Notes: a model not told the origin generated them from the letters alone. A stretch of 64,000 bases of DNA from an uncultured Chthoniobacterales bacterium (GCA_964235895.1 CAXSCV010000001.1:20880-84879), one strand, 5' to 3'; shown: positions 19,536 to 28,292, counted from the first letter of the stretch. Made by a program: numbers and translations.

Positions 19536-20509
19536 AGGGTTTCCTTCCGCTCATCCTCGGCATCTTCGGAACCTTTGCCTTTTCCTGGCTTGGCCTAACC
19601 GTTGTTCCGAACTCCCAGATCGGTCATCTCGATCCACAAACGGACGAGGACGGCAACGATCCTTATCCCGCGCCGAAATCCGGGATGGCCGAGCGCGGCC
19701 GGCAGATTTATGCGGCGAACGGTTGCGTCTATTGTCACAGCCAACAGGTACGCGCGGATTACGCCGCCTCGGATATCGAGCGGAAATGGGGCGATCGCCG
19801 AAGCGCCCCGCGCGATTACATTTTCGATCGTCCGACGTTGCTCGGAAAAATGCGCATGGGTCCGGACCTTTCGAACGTCGGCAAGCGCGCACCCTCAGTC
19901 GACGAAAACGCGCCGACTCCCGATGCGACAGCGATCGCTCCGGCCGCGCCCGCGCCTGTGGCCAGCGCACCAACAAATTCTGCGCCCGCTCCCACAACCG
20001 TCGCCCCTGCCGAAGCAGCGCCGGCTGGTGCGAGAGCTCCCGCGGCCAGCGCTTCGACTGCCGTTGCCGTCACCACCGCCAGCGCAAAAACCGCGACGGC
20101 AATGTCAGCTCCATCGGCCGCCCCCACCGCGGCTAGCCAGGCTTCCGCGCCCGGGGTCAGCGCGCAGACAGCCGAAGTTTCCTCGGTTGGAAAGAATGGC
20201 GCACCGTTGCCTTACTCGGCCGCGTGGCATCATCTCCACCTTTACGCGCCGCGAACGGTCTCTCCGGATTCCAATATGCCGGCCTATCGTTTTCTTTATG
20301 AGAACCGGCGCGTCGGCGGTCAGCGCGCTGCCGATGCGGTCGCGCTCAGCGGCGAAGACGCTCCCGCCGCGGGTTGGGAAATTGTCCCGACTTACGACGC
20401 GAAATGTCTCGTGGCGTATCTCATGTCGCTCGATCAGTCACATGCTTTGAAGGAAGTGAAATCAACCGCGCCCGCTTCGCCGCCGGCGCCTGGAAAGGCG
20501 GTCAAATGA
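19532..20509 (+). CDS. CcoO-like monoheme cytochrome c subunit carrying a ~105-aa Ala/Pro-rich insertion
   Basis: GCVYCHSQQVR, GPDLSNVG and WHHLHLYAPRTVSPDSNMPAY match FixO/CcoO motifs. The low-complexity insertion lies between them. The ATG at 19532 overlaps the upstream stop (ATGA). Confidence 0.8.
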   Translation: MKGFLPLILGIFGTFAFSWLGLTVVPNSQIGHLDPQTDEDGNDPYPAPKSGMAERGRQIYAANGCVYCHSQQVRADYAASDIERKWGDRRSAPRDYIFDRPTLLGKMRMGPDLSNVGKRAPSVDENAPTPDATAIAPAAPAPVASAPTNSAPAPTTVAPAEAAPAGARAPAASASTAVAVTTASAKTATAMSAPSAAPTAASQASAPGVSAQTAEVSSVGKNGAPLPYSAAWHHLHLYAPRTVSPDSNMPAYRFLYENRRVGGQRAADAVALSGEDAPAAGWEIVPTYDAKCLVAYLMSLDQSHALKEVKSTAPASPPAPGKAVK

Positions 20510-21258
20510 ACGAGCGCACTCCTTCACCTGATCATCGGGCGCGCCAGGGAATGGATTATGGCGAAACCGAAGACGTGCAGAAAACGCACGCCGCGATTCA
20601 GCGCGAAAAAACCGAACCGCGCGCCGGTCTTGAGCCGCTTTCCATTTGGCTCATCGCCGTCTATGGGCTCGCGATTTTCTGCGGCGGCGCATATCTCGGC
20701 CGATACTCCGGCAGCTTCAGCGGCGATGGTTTGGATCCGTTAGGCGGCGCGCCGCGCGCGGCGAAAAACGGCGCTGCGGGCGCGCCCGGTGCGACGCAGG
20801 TTGCCGAGCTCACGCCAGCCGAACGTGGTAAGAAAATCTTCTCCGCCAATTGCGCCACCTGCCACCAGGCCACCGGTCTCGGAGTTGCCGGACAATATCC
20901 ACCGCTCGCTGGATCGGAGTACGTCAACGGCGGAACGCGACGCCTCGGGATGATTGTGCTCAAAGGGCTCGAAGGTCCGGTCACGGTGAAGGGCGCGCAG
21001 TTTGGCGCCGCCGTCATGCAACCGTGGGAGAAGACTTTGACCGACGCGAAAATTTCGGACGTGCTCACTTACATTCGTCAGGAATGGGGAAACAACTCGC
21101 CGGCCGTCTCGCCCGAAGGCATCGCGGCTTTGCGCAAGGATCTCGCCGGACATGCCGCTTCCTTCCACGAACCCGATCTCAAAGCCGTTCCCGAGGATGC
21201 GATGCTTCCCGGTGGCGAGGCCGCGGCTCCTCCGGGTGGCGCTCCACCGAAGCCGTAG
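20506..21258 (+). CDS. Membrane-anchored monoheme cytochrome c
   Basis: Internal ATG at 20506 (MNERTPSP...) overlapping the upstream stop. One TM helix, CATCHQ haem motif, Pro-rich C-terminus. Confidence 0.8.
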   Translation: MNERTPSPDHRARQGMDYGETEDVQKTHAAIQREKTEPRAGLEPLSIWLIAVYGLAIFCGGAYLGRYSGSFSGDGLDPLGGAPRAAKNGAAGAPGATQVAELTPAERGKKIFSANCATCHQATGLGVAGQYPPLAGSEYVNGGTRRLGMIVLKGLEGPVTVKGAQFGAAVMQPWEKTLTDAKISDVLTYIRQEWGNNSPAVSPEGIAALRKDLAGHAASFHEPDLKAVPEDAMLPGGEAAAPPGGAPPKP

Positions 21259-21334
21259 TCTAACGAGACGTCGGGCGCGGCGCGCCGGTTTCGCGCAGGA
21301 ATTATTTGTCGCCGAAGCGAAGCATTCGTAGCTA

Positions 21335-22360
21335 ATGCTTACTGCACAGGCGTATTCACTGCTGATGATTCAACACAAAGACCTGGATGATTCCGAAGCC
21401 CGCGAAGTGATCGTCGTCGGCGGCGGGATCGCGGGTTTGTCGGCCGCGATTTATCTCGGGCGCGCCGCGCGTGACACTTTGGTGATCGATTCCGGTCACT
21501 CGATGGCGAAATGGGAACCCGAGGTGCAAAATTATCTCGGCTTTCCGCAAGGCGTTGGCGGGGAAGAGTTGCTCAAGTTTGGCCGCCGACAGGCCAAGCG
21601 TTACTCGGTCGAATTTGCGCGCGACGAAATCAAAAGCGTCTCGAAACGTAAGCGCGGCTTCACGCTGCGCGGCCGGCACCGCAGCTATTGGACGAACCGG
21701 CTTTTGGTCACGACCGGAATTTTTCATCTGCCGCCGAAGATTCCCGGCGTCAAAGAATGCCTCGGGCACAGCATGTTTTTTTGCAAAGACTGCGACGGAT
21801 TCCGTGTCCGCGGAAAACGGATCGCCATCTGCGGCGCGAACGATGAAGCGGTCGAATACGCGCTCGGCATGCTGGCTTATTCAGCCTGCGTGGTCGTGGC
21901 CACGAACTCGGAGAAGCCGCGCTGGAATCGCCGACATGCCAGACTTTTGCGAGAATATGAGATTCCCGTTTACCAAAAGAGAATCACGGGCGTGGATCAT
22001 CGTGGTTGTCAGGTGAGGGGATTGCGTTTGATGGGCGGCGACGAGATTTGCATCGATTATATTTTCACGACGCGCGGCGATATTTTTCACACGCGCCTGG
22101 CAGAGTCGTTAGGCGCGCGACTCGATGTTGATGGCCAGATCGAGGTCGACCATTGCATGCGCACAAATGTTCCGCGGCTTTACGCCGCAGGCTGTGTGAC
22201 GCCGGCAAATTGCCAGATGATCATCGCCGCCGGCCAGGGCGCGGCGGCGGCGCAGGCGATCAATCGCGATCTTTTTCAGGAAAGTTTGAAGACGCGCTCG
22301 CTGCGACGTTTCCGCGAAGTGCAGTTGGTGGAAGAACGAACGGTGCCCGAGATCACATGA
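21335..22360 (+). CDS. FAD/NAD(P)-dependent oxidoreductase, thioredoxin-reductase-like
   Basis: Dinucleotide-binding motif VIVVGGGIAGLSAAIYLGRA and a CKDCDG redox-type CxxC. The start could instead be 21365. Confidence 0.8.
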   Translation: MLTAQAYSLLMIQHKDLDDSEAREVIVVGGGIAGLSAAIYLGRAARDTLVIDSGHSMAKWEPEVQNYLGFPQGVGGEELLKFGRRQAKRYSVEFARDEIKSVSKRKRGFTLRGRHRSYWTNRLLVTTGIFHLPPKIPGVKECLGHSMFFCKDCDGFRVRGKRIAICGANDEAVEYALGMLAYSACVVVATNSEKPRWNRRHARLLREYEIPVYQKRITGVDHRGCQVRGLRLMGGDEICIDYIFTTRGDIFHTRLAESLGARLDVDGQIEVDHCMRTNVPRLYAAGCVTPANCQMIIAAGQGAAAAQAINRDLFQESLKTRSLRRFREVQLVEERTVPEIT

Positions 22361-22590
22361 ACCTGCTCGCGATCAGTGGGAATGCGGCCGGGCTGCGCGT
22401 ATTTTTTGGCGTGCTGCTTTGTTTGTTGCTCGCGGCCGGCGTTTACATTTTTCGAAATCGAAAACAGTTTTTCAGTTACAGCGGCGATCCGGGCGACAGT
22501 TATGCATCGGCCAATCTTCGCATGTGGCTGATCGTGCTCGTCTGGATTCACGCCGTCGCGGTGACGACGTTGATGATCTTCGAAGTTTGA
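22357..22590 (+). CDS. Small hypothetical membrane protein
   Basis: The ATG at 22357 overlaps the upstream stop (ATGA). 77 aa with two hydrophobic helices. Confidence 0.5.
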   Translation: MNLLAISGNAAGLRVFFGVLLCLLLAAGVYIFRNRKQFFSYSGDPGDSYASANLRMWLIVLVWIHAVAVTTLMIFEV

Positions 22591-22602
22591 GTTTGGACCG
22601 GC

Positions 22603-22614
22603 GACAAATTTGTC
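22603..22614. promoter_or_regulatory. Perfect 12-bp palindrome GACAAATTTGTC upstream of the aa3 oxidase operon (candidate operator)
   Basis: Self-complementary 12-mer located 72 nt upstream of the ctaD ATG in the 95-nt intergenic region. Confidence 0.3.
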
Positions 22615-22685
22615 TACGCCTCGCAGAATTTGGCGCTTTGCTCTTGAAATCTTATCCGTGATATTCAGTTTCAGCTTGCACCTCT

Positions 22686-24575
22686 ATGGACGCCTCCACT
22701 GACCTCGCCGCTCACTCTCAGACCGCGCACGATCCGCATCATCATCACGATGAACACGAGCATCACGAGCTCGGCTTTTGGCGAAAATGGGTTTTCTCGA
22801 CCGATCACAAAATGATCGGCATTCAGTACGGCGTGACCGGTTTGGTTTTCCTCTTCTTCGGTTTCTCGCTCATGATGTTGATGCGCTGGCAGCTCGCTTT
22901 CCCGGGCGAATCCCTCCCGATCATCGGTAATGCGCTCGGCCATCTCTTCGGTCCCGGGAGTATGCCGGATGGGAAGATGACGCCGGAATTTTATAACTCG
23001 TTAGGCGCGATGCATGGCACGATCATGATCTTTCTTGGAATCGTCCCGGTCGCCTTCGCCGCCTTCGGCAACTTCGTCGTCCCGCTGCAAATCGGCGCGC
23101 CTGACATGACCTTTCCGAAAATTAACGCCGCCAGTTTTTGGGCGTTTTTCGCCGGCGGCTTGGTCATGCTCTTCAGCTTTTTCGTTCCCGGCGGCGCGGC
23201 CAAAGGCGGCTGGACTTCTTACACGCCACTCGCCGTCATCTCGGATAAAGGCGAAACCTACGGCGCGTTTTTCAATGGCCAGACGCTCTGGCTGGTTGGT
23301 TTTATCTTGCTGATCACCTCGTCGCTCCTCGGCGCGGTCAATTTCATTACCACCATCATTCAGTTGCGCGCCAAAGGACTGACCTGGATGCGCCTGCCGT
23401 TTTTTGTTTGGGCGCAATTCGTGACCGCGTTCCTTTTGTTGCTCGCCTTCCCGCCACTCGAAGCGGCGGTTGTTATGCAACTAATGGATCGCACGGCCGC
23501 GACCAGTTTCTTTATGCCGAGCGGTTTAGTCCTCAACGGCGCGCCGCTTCACATCAGCGGCGGCGGCAGTCCGCTGCTTTGGCAGCATTTGTTTTGGTTC
23601 CTCGGGCATCCGGAAGTTTACGTGCTCATCCTGCCAGGCATGGGCATCGTCGCGGAAGTGATCGCGAACAATTCGCGCAAGCCGCTCTGGGGTTACAAGT
23701 CGTTAGTCTTCTCCGTCCTCGTCCTTGGTTTTCTCTCCTTCATCGTTTGGGCGCACCACATGTGGTTGACCGGAATGGGCACCACGGTCAGCGCATTTTT
23801 TCAAACGACAACGATGATCATCTCGATTCCGTCGGTCATTATTTTAAGCGCATTTTTCATTTCGCTCTGGGGCGGGTCGATTCGATTTACCGTGCCGATG
23901 TTGTTCGCGACCGCCTTCCTTCCGATGTTCGGCATCGGCGGCCTAACGGGCATCCCGCTCGCCTTTAATTCGGCCGATCTTTACCTGCACGACACCTATT
24001 ACGTGATCGCGCATTTCCATTACATCGTCGCGCCGGGAACGATCTTCGCCCTCTTCGCCGGCGTCTATTATTGGTTCCCGAAAGCGACCGGCCGCAAGAT
24101 GAACGACTTCTGGGGCAAGGTGCATTTTTGGCCTTCGCTCATCTGCATGAACGTCATTTTCCTGCCGATGTTTTTGCAGGGCATGCTCGGAATGCATCGC
24201 CGTTGGTACGACGGCGGACAGGGCTGGAATTTAGCGAACGAGAAAGCCTGGGGCGTCTCCGGGTTTCACTGGAACACACCGATTTCCATCGCCGCCTGGT
24301 GCATGGGTTTGGCGCAGATTCCGTTCATCATTAATTTTTTCTACAGCATTCGCTGGGGCCAAAAGGTGAATGACAATCCCTGGGAAGCGACCACGCTCGA
24401 ATGGACCGCGCCATCGCCGCCGCCGCATGGGAATTTCCTCACCCCGCCGGTCGCTTATCGCGGCCCTTACGAATATAGCGTGCCCGGACGCGAAGCTGAT
24501 TTCACCATGCAGAACGATCCGATTCAGCCGAGCGAGCGCGCGCTTCCGCAAACGCCCGAGCCGATCCACGCCTAA
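22686..24575 (+). CDS. ctaD: Cytochrome c oxidase subunit I (A-family, aa3-type)
   Basis: All canonical ligand motifs are present: GAMHGTIM, WFLGHPEVYVLILPG, VWAHHMW, IAHFHYIV. Confidence 0.95.
   Translation: MDASTDLAAHSQTAHDPHHHHDEHEHHELGFWRKWVFSTDHKMIGIQYGVTGLVFLFFGFSLMMLMRWQLAFPGESLPIIGNALGHLFGPGSMPDGKMTPEFYNSLGAMHGTIMIFLGIVPVAFAAFGNFVVPLQIGAPDMTFPKINAASFWAFFAGGLVMLFSFFVPGGAAKGGWTSYTPLAVISDKGETYGAFFNGQTLWLVGFILLITSSLLGAVNFITTIIQLRAKGLTWMRLPFFVWAQFVTAFLLLLAFPPLEAAVVMQLMDRTAATSFFMPSGLVLNGAPLHISGGGSPLLWQHLFWFLGHPEVYVLILPGMGIVAEVIANNSRKPLWGYKSLVFSVLVLGFLSFIVWAHHMWLTGMGTTVSAFFQTTTMIISIPSVIILSAFFISLWGGSIRFTVPMLFATAFLPMFGIGGLTGIPLAFNSADLYLHDTYYVIAHFHYIVAPGTIFALFAGVYYWFPKATGRKMNDFWGKVHFWPSLICMNVIFLPMFLQGMLGMHRRWYDGGQGWNLANEKAWGVSGFHWNTPISIAAWCMGLAQIPFIINFFYSIRWGQKVNDNPWEATTLEWTAPSPPPHGNFLTPPVAYRGPYEYSVPGREADFTMQNDPIQPSERALPQTPEPIHA
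22997..23006 (+). repeat. Copy of over-represented 10-mer CTCGTTAGGC
   Basis: Exact match in ctaD. Read as S-L-G. Confidence 0.9.
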
Positions 24576-24579
24576 CGAG
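24570..24579 (-). repeat. Copy of over-represented 10-mer (GCCTAACGAG on + strand)
   Basis: Exact match. Supplies the Ala-TAA end of ctaD. Confidence 0.9.
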
Positions 24580-24588
24580 TCGTAAGAA

Positions 24589-25464
24589 ATGGAAATTCCC
24601 TACACCGTCGCCTCGCGTCCCGACACGGGACTTTGGAACGCCAAGATCGGCATTTGGCTCTTTCTCGCCTCCGAAGTCATGCTCTTCGGCGGTTTGTTCT
24701 CCGCTTATATTTTTCTCCGGCTCGATGCCGAACCCGGTTTTTGGCCGCATGGGTTATTGAACGTGCCGGTCGGGACGATGAACACGGCGATCCTGATCGC
24801 TTCGTCCGTCACGGTCGTGCTCGCGTGGGCTGCGCTGAAGATGCGCCAGTTCACCAAATACAAAATCTACATGGGCATCACGATCCTCTGCGGCATCCTG
24901 TTCCTCGTGGTGAAGTTGGCCTACGAATGGCCGCAAAAATTCGAGCACTTCGGCGCCTTCATCAAAACCGAAGCGCTCGAGAAGTACGAGCCGCTCTTAG
25001 GGAATCATCACTTACTCGCGGAAGGTTTGCCGCCGCGCGTCGAGATCACGGGACATCTGCATAATCACGAGGCCTTGAACGATCCGAACATCAAGGAATT
25101 CGAAGTCGGGCTCGATCCGATTTACACCGATCCAACCAATCCAAGTATGGATCGGCCGCATTTCCTCTATGTCCCGCCGACGGAAAAGGTGGCGACGATT
25201 GAGAAAGCGGATGTCGAGCGCGCGACCATGTTCCTCCCGACGCACAGCACGTATTTCGCGACCTATTTTACCATCACCGGCCTGCACGGTTTGCACGTGC
25301 TCGGCGGCGTGATCGTCTTCACTTATTTTTGGCTGCCGTTCGGCGCGAATCTCTACAAGCGCAATCCCGAACATCTCGCGAACCGCGTCGAAGTCGCCGG
25401 CTTGTTCTGGCACTTCGTCGACCTGGTTTGGATCTTCGTCTTCCCGCTTTTTTACCTGCTCTAA
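24589..25464 (+). CDS. ctaE: Cytochrome c oxidase subunit III (with a long inserted loop)
   Basis: FATYFTITGLHGLHVLGGVIV and WHFVDLVWIFVFPLFYLL motifs. A ~95-aa hydrophilic insertion lies between TM segments. Confidence 0.85.
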   Translation: MEIPYTVASRPDTGLWNAKIGIWLFLASEVMLFGGLFSAYIFLRLDAEPGFWPHGLLNVPVGTMNTAILIASSVTVVLAWAALKMRQFTKYKIYMGITILCGILFLVVKLAYEWPQKFEHFGAFIKTEALEKYEPLLGNHHLLAEGLPPRVEITGHLHNHEALNDPNIKEFEVGLDPIYTDPTNPSMDRPHFLYVPPTEKVATIEKADVERATMFLPTHSTYFATYFTITGLHGLHVLGGVIVFTYFWLPFGANLYKRNPEHLANRVEVAGLFWHFVDLVWIFVFPLFYLL

Positions 25465-25467
25465 ATC

Positions 25468-25809
25468 ATGAACAATCCGCCCGACGTAACGCAGGATCCG
25501 AGCGAGCACGAACAGTACGCGCACGACGTCGCGCATCATGTGAAGAAGTACATGATGGTCGGCGGCGCGCTTCTCGGCTGCACGGCGCTGACCGTTTTCC
25601 TCTCTTATGTGAACTTCGGCACGCAAAAGGCGAACGTCGCGGTCGCCATGCTGGTTGCGACTTTTAAAGCCGCGCTGGTCGCGGCGATTTTCATGCACTT
25701 GTCGGCCGAGAAAAAATTGATCTATCGCATTCTGGTTTTCACCGGCCTCTTTGTCTTCGCGCTTTTCTGGCTCACCTACCTGGCTTGGTACGATCCGATT
25801 CACCACTGA
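25468..25809 (+). CDS. Prokaryotic cytochrome c oxidase subunit IV family protein
   Basis: 113 aa with HHVKKYMMVGGALL... and KAALVAAIFMHL patterns typical of bacterial subunit IV, in the position after ctaE. Confidence 0.75.
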   Translation: MNNPPDVTQDPSEHEQYAHDVAHHVKKYMMVGGALLGCTALTVFLSYVNFGTQKANVAVAMLVATFKAALVAAIFMHLSAEKKLIYRILVFTGLFVFALFWLTYLAWYDPIHH

Positions 25810-26018
25810 TGTCGCTCAAGGCTTTCCATTTTGTTTTCATCACCTTCTCCATTCTGCTCGCGCTCGGTTGCGGGTGTTGGTGCGTTTGGATTGACCTCCA
25901 GACCGGCCTTTCCAATTATTTTCTTGGCGCGATTGGATCGTATCTCGCGGCGATCGTTCTCTTCATTTACGGCATGTGGTTTTACCGAAAAATGAAACGG
26001 CTTAGATTGATCACATGA
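25809..26018 (+). CDS. Small hypothetical membrane protein
   Basis: The ATG at 25809 overlaps the upstream stop (TGATG). 69 aa with two TM helices. Confidence 0.5.
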   Translation: MSLKAFHFVFITFSILLALGCGCWCVWIDLQTGLSNYFLGAIGSYLAAIVLFIYGMWFYRKMKRLRLIT

Positions 26019-26275
26019 AAACGCGATTACTGGCAGTTCTTGTTGTCTTCCTCGGCACACAAATCGGACAGGCCATGGCGTGTTCGGTTTGCTTCGGCGC
26101 GGCCGGTTCCAAAGTGAACGATCACATGGCGACCGCCATTTGGGTCTTGTTAGGCGCGGTCATGTCGGTGCTCGGTGGAGTGGGGGCCTTTAGTTTTCAT
26201 CTCTGGCGCCACGCGCAAATGCCGCTCGAGCCGCATCAGGAACTGACCGAGGAAGATTTCGCGGAATATGATTAA
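26015..26275 (+). CDS. Small hypothetical secreted or membrane protein with a CxxC motif
   Basis: 86 aa with a signal-like N-terminus, CSVCFG, one further TM helix and an acidic tail. ATGA overlap with the previous ORF. Confidence 0.5.
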   Translation: MKTRLLAVLVVFLGTQIGQAMACSVCFGAAGSKVNDHMATAIWVLLGAVMSVLGGVGAFSFHLWRHAQMPLEPHQELTEEDFAEYD

Positions 26276-27161
26276 TACGCTCGCGTTGATTAACGAATTT
26301 CTCGGGCAACCGCCGAATGTTTCCGAGCATGGTTTCCAGATCGATCACATCATCGAGTTCTGCCATTGGTTCATGGGCGCACTCTTCGTCGGATGGTCGG
26401 CCTATTTCATTTACGTCCTCTTTCGTTTTCGCAAAGGCCGCCATCCCGTGGCTGATCACGAAGGTGTAAAAAGCGGAATCTCCACGCACCTCGAGTTCGC
26501 CGTCGTCCTCATCGAAGCGGTTTTACTCGTCGGCTTCGCGGTTCCTTTATGGGCGAAACGCGTCAATCAATTTCCCGCCGATAAAGATGCCATCCTCGTG
26601 CACGCGATTGGCCAGCAGTTTAACTGGAACTTCCATATGCCCGGACCGGATGGCCAGTTCGGCAAACGCAGCATCGACCTCGTGACGAACTCAAATCCGC
26701 TCGGGCTCGATCCAAATGATCCGGCGGGGAAAGACGATCTCGTGGTGCTCGGCGAATTGCACGTGCCGGTCGATCGACCGGTGATCATCGAAGTTTCCTC
26801 GAAGGACGTGATTCATAATTTCGATTTGCCGAGCATGCGCATCGCGCAGGATGCGATTCCCGGACAGATCATTCCGATGTGGTTCCAGCCAATCAAGACC
26901 GGCAGTTACGAAGTGGTTTGCGGACAACTTTGCGGACTTGGGCATTACGGAATGAAAGGCATGCTCGTCGTCGACACGCCGGCTGATTATCAGGCGTGGT
27001 TGAAAGAACGCGTCGAGCTTTCCGGCACACAGACCGCTCCGGCGCCGCTCGATCGTCCGCCCGGCGAACCGGGTCCTGGCCCGACGCCCGGCACCGTTCC
27101 ACCCCCGGGTGGACCGAAGACGACCAACCCGGAAGCGAGCATTCCGCCGGGGACGCACTAA
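26268..27161 (+). CDS. coxB: Cytochrome c oxidase subunit II (CuA domain)
   Basis: Two N-terminal TM helices, VIHNFDLPS and CGQLCGLGHYGM (CuA ligands), and a Pro-rich C-terminal tail. Confidence 0.9.
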   Translation: MINTLALINEFLGQPPNVSEHGFQIDHIIEFCHWFMGALFVGWSAYFIYVLFRFRKGRHPVADHEGVKSGISTHLEFAVVLIEAVLLVGFAVPLWAKRVNQFPADKDAILVHAIGQQFNWNFHMPGPDGQFGKRSIDLVTNSNPLGLDPNDPAGKDDLVVLGELHVPVDRPVIIEVSSKDVIHNFDLPSMRIAQDAIPGQIIPMWFQPIKTGSYEVVCGQLCGLGHYGMKGMLVVDTPADYQAWLKERVELSGTQTAPAPLDRPPGEPGPGPTPGTVPPPGGPKTTNPEASIPPGTH

Positions 27162-27170
27162 AAGCGATCA

Positions 27171-27180
27171 CTCGTTAGGC
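27171..27180 (+). repeat. Copy of over-represented 10-mer CTCGTTAGGC
   Basis: Exact match, intergenic, 10 nt after the coxB stop. Confidence 0.9.
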
Positions 27181-27269
27181 CGCGCCGGTGGCGCAAAGCA
27201 TTTTTGCGAAAGACGAACCGCAAAACCTTTCCGCGTGTCGCGCGTTTCCGCTTCGCTATATTGGAAGCG

Positions 27270-28292
27270 ATGTCTTTGCCGCAGGCGAACCGCTGGCTCA
27301 ATCGCTTCATCTGGCTGACCGCTGTCGCCACACTCCTGCTCATTTGCAGCGGCGGAATGGTCACGAGCAAGAACGCTGGCCTGGCCGTGCCGGATTGGCC
27401 GACCACCTTCGGTTACAACATGTTTCTCTTTCCCTTTTCACAATGGGTCGGCGGAATTTTCTTTGAGCACACGCATCGCCTGGCCGCGTCGACGGTCGGT
27501 TTTCTCACGATCATCCTCGCAGTCTGGTTATGGCGGAGCGACTCGCGCCGTTGGGTGCGAAGGCTGGGCGTCATCGCGCTCGGCGCGGTCATCTTGCAGG
27601 GAATCTTGGGAGGCCTGCGCGTGACCATGTTGAAAGATGAAATCGGCATCTTCCACGCCTGCCTGGCTCAGGCCTTTTTCGGTTTGCTGGTATTTCTTGG
27701 CCTAACGACCAGTTCTTTTTGGAACCAACTGCGCATGCGTCGCATGCCGGCGACGCTTCTTTGGTGTCCGATCGCCATCACCTTGCTCATCTATTTTCAG
27801 CTTGGTCTTGGCGCGACCATGCGTCACCAACATCGCGATCTGGCCATTCTCGATTTCCCGGCGGCTTACGGCAGAATCATTCCGGACGTGAGCGGCGAAA
27901 ACCTTGCGCGGATCAATCAGTGGCGCGATGGGCGCGCGCTTTCCGACGTCACTGCGGGACAGATTTGGTTGCAGATGGCGCATCGCATGATGGCCGCGTT
28001 CATCGGCCTCGGCGTTCTCGCAAACTGGATTGCCGTCCGCCGCCAGCGTGGAAGCGCGGACGAGAAACTCCTGACCCTTTCCACTTGGTGGCTCGTTCTT
28101 GTCGCGTGTCAGATTACGCTCGGAGCGTGGACGATCTGGAGCAACAAAGCTGCGGATATCGCCACCGCGCATGTTGCCGTTGGCGCAACCCTGCTCGCGT
28201 TCGGCATTAGCATCTCGGCTATCGCGGTAAAATTGCGCGTCTCCGATCCAATCTTTGCAGGAGCGATCTTGCCGGAACAGGCGCACGCATGA
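27270..28292 (+). CDS. ctaA: Heme A synthase (COX15/CtaA family)
   Basis: LLICSGGMVTSKNAGLAVPDWPTTFG signature and a polytopic membrane profile. Internal ATG at 27270 chosen. Confidence 0.85.
   Translation: MSLPQANRWLNRFIWLTAVATLLLICSGGMVTSKNAGLAVPDWPTTFGYNMFLFPFSQWVGGIFFEHTHRLAASTVGFLTIILAVWLWRSDSRRWVRRLGVIALGAVILQGILGGLRVTMLKDEIGIFHACLAQAFFGLLVFLGLTTSSFWNQLRMRRMPATLLWCPIAITLLIYFQLGLGATMRHQHRDLAILDFPAAYGRIIPDVSGENLARINQWRDGRALSDVTAGQIWLQMAHRMMAAFIGLGVLANWIAVRRQRGSADEKLLTLSTWWLVLVACQITLGAWTIWSNKAADIATAHVAVGATLLAFGISISAIAVKLRVSDPIFAGAILPEQAHA

Noticed and set aside
19892-20212. Ala/Pro-rich coding stretches (also 17700-18030 and 60230-60930) as tandem DNA repeats or VNTRs
   Set aside because: No exact or near-exact nucleotide periodicity could be found by eye. 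They are compositionally biased but non-repetitive.
21320-21340. Hairpin AAGCATT-7 nt-AATGCTT covering the ATG at 21335 of the TrxR-like gene (possible translational control)
   Set aside because: The stem is only 7 bp and A/T-rich (two G-C pairs). The true start may be the downstream ATG at 21365. This is too weak to call.
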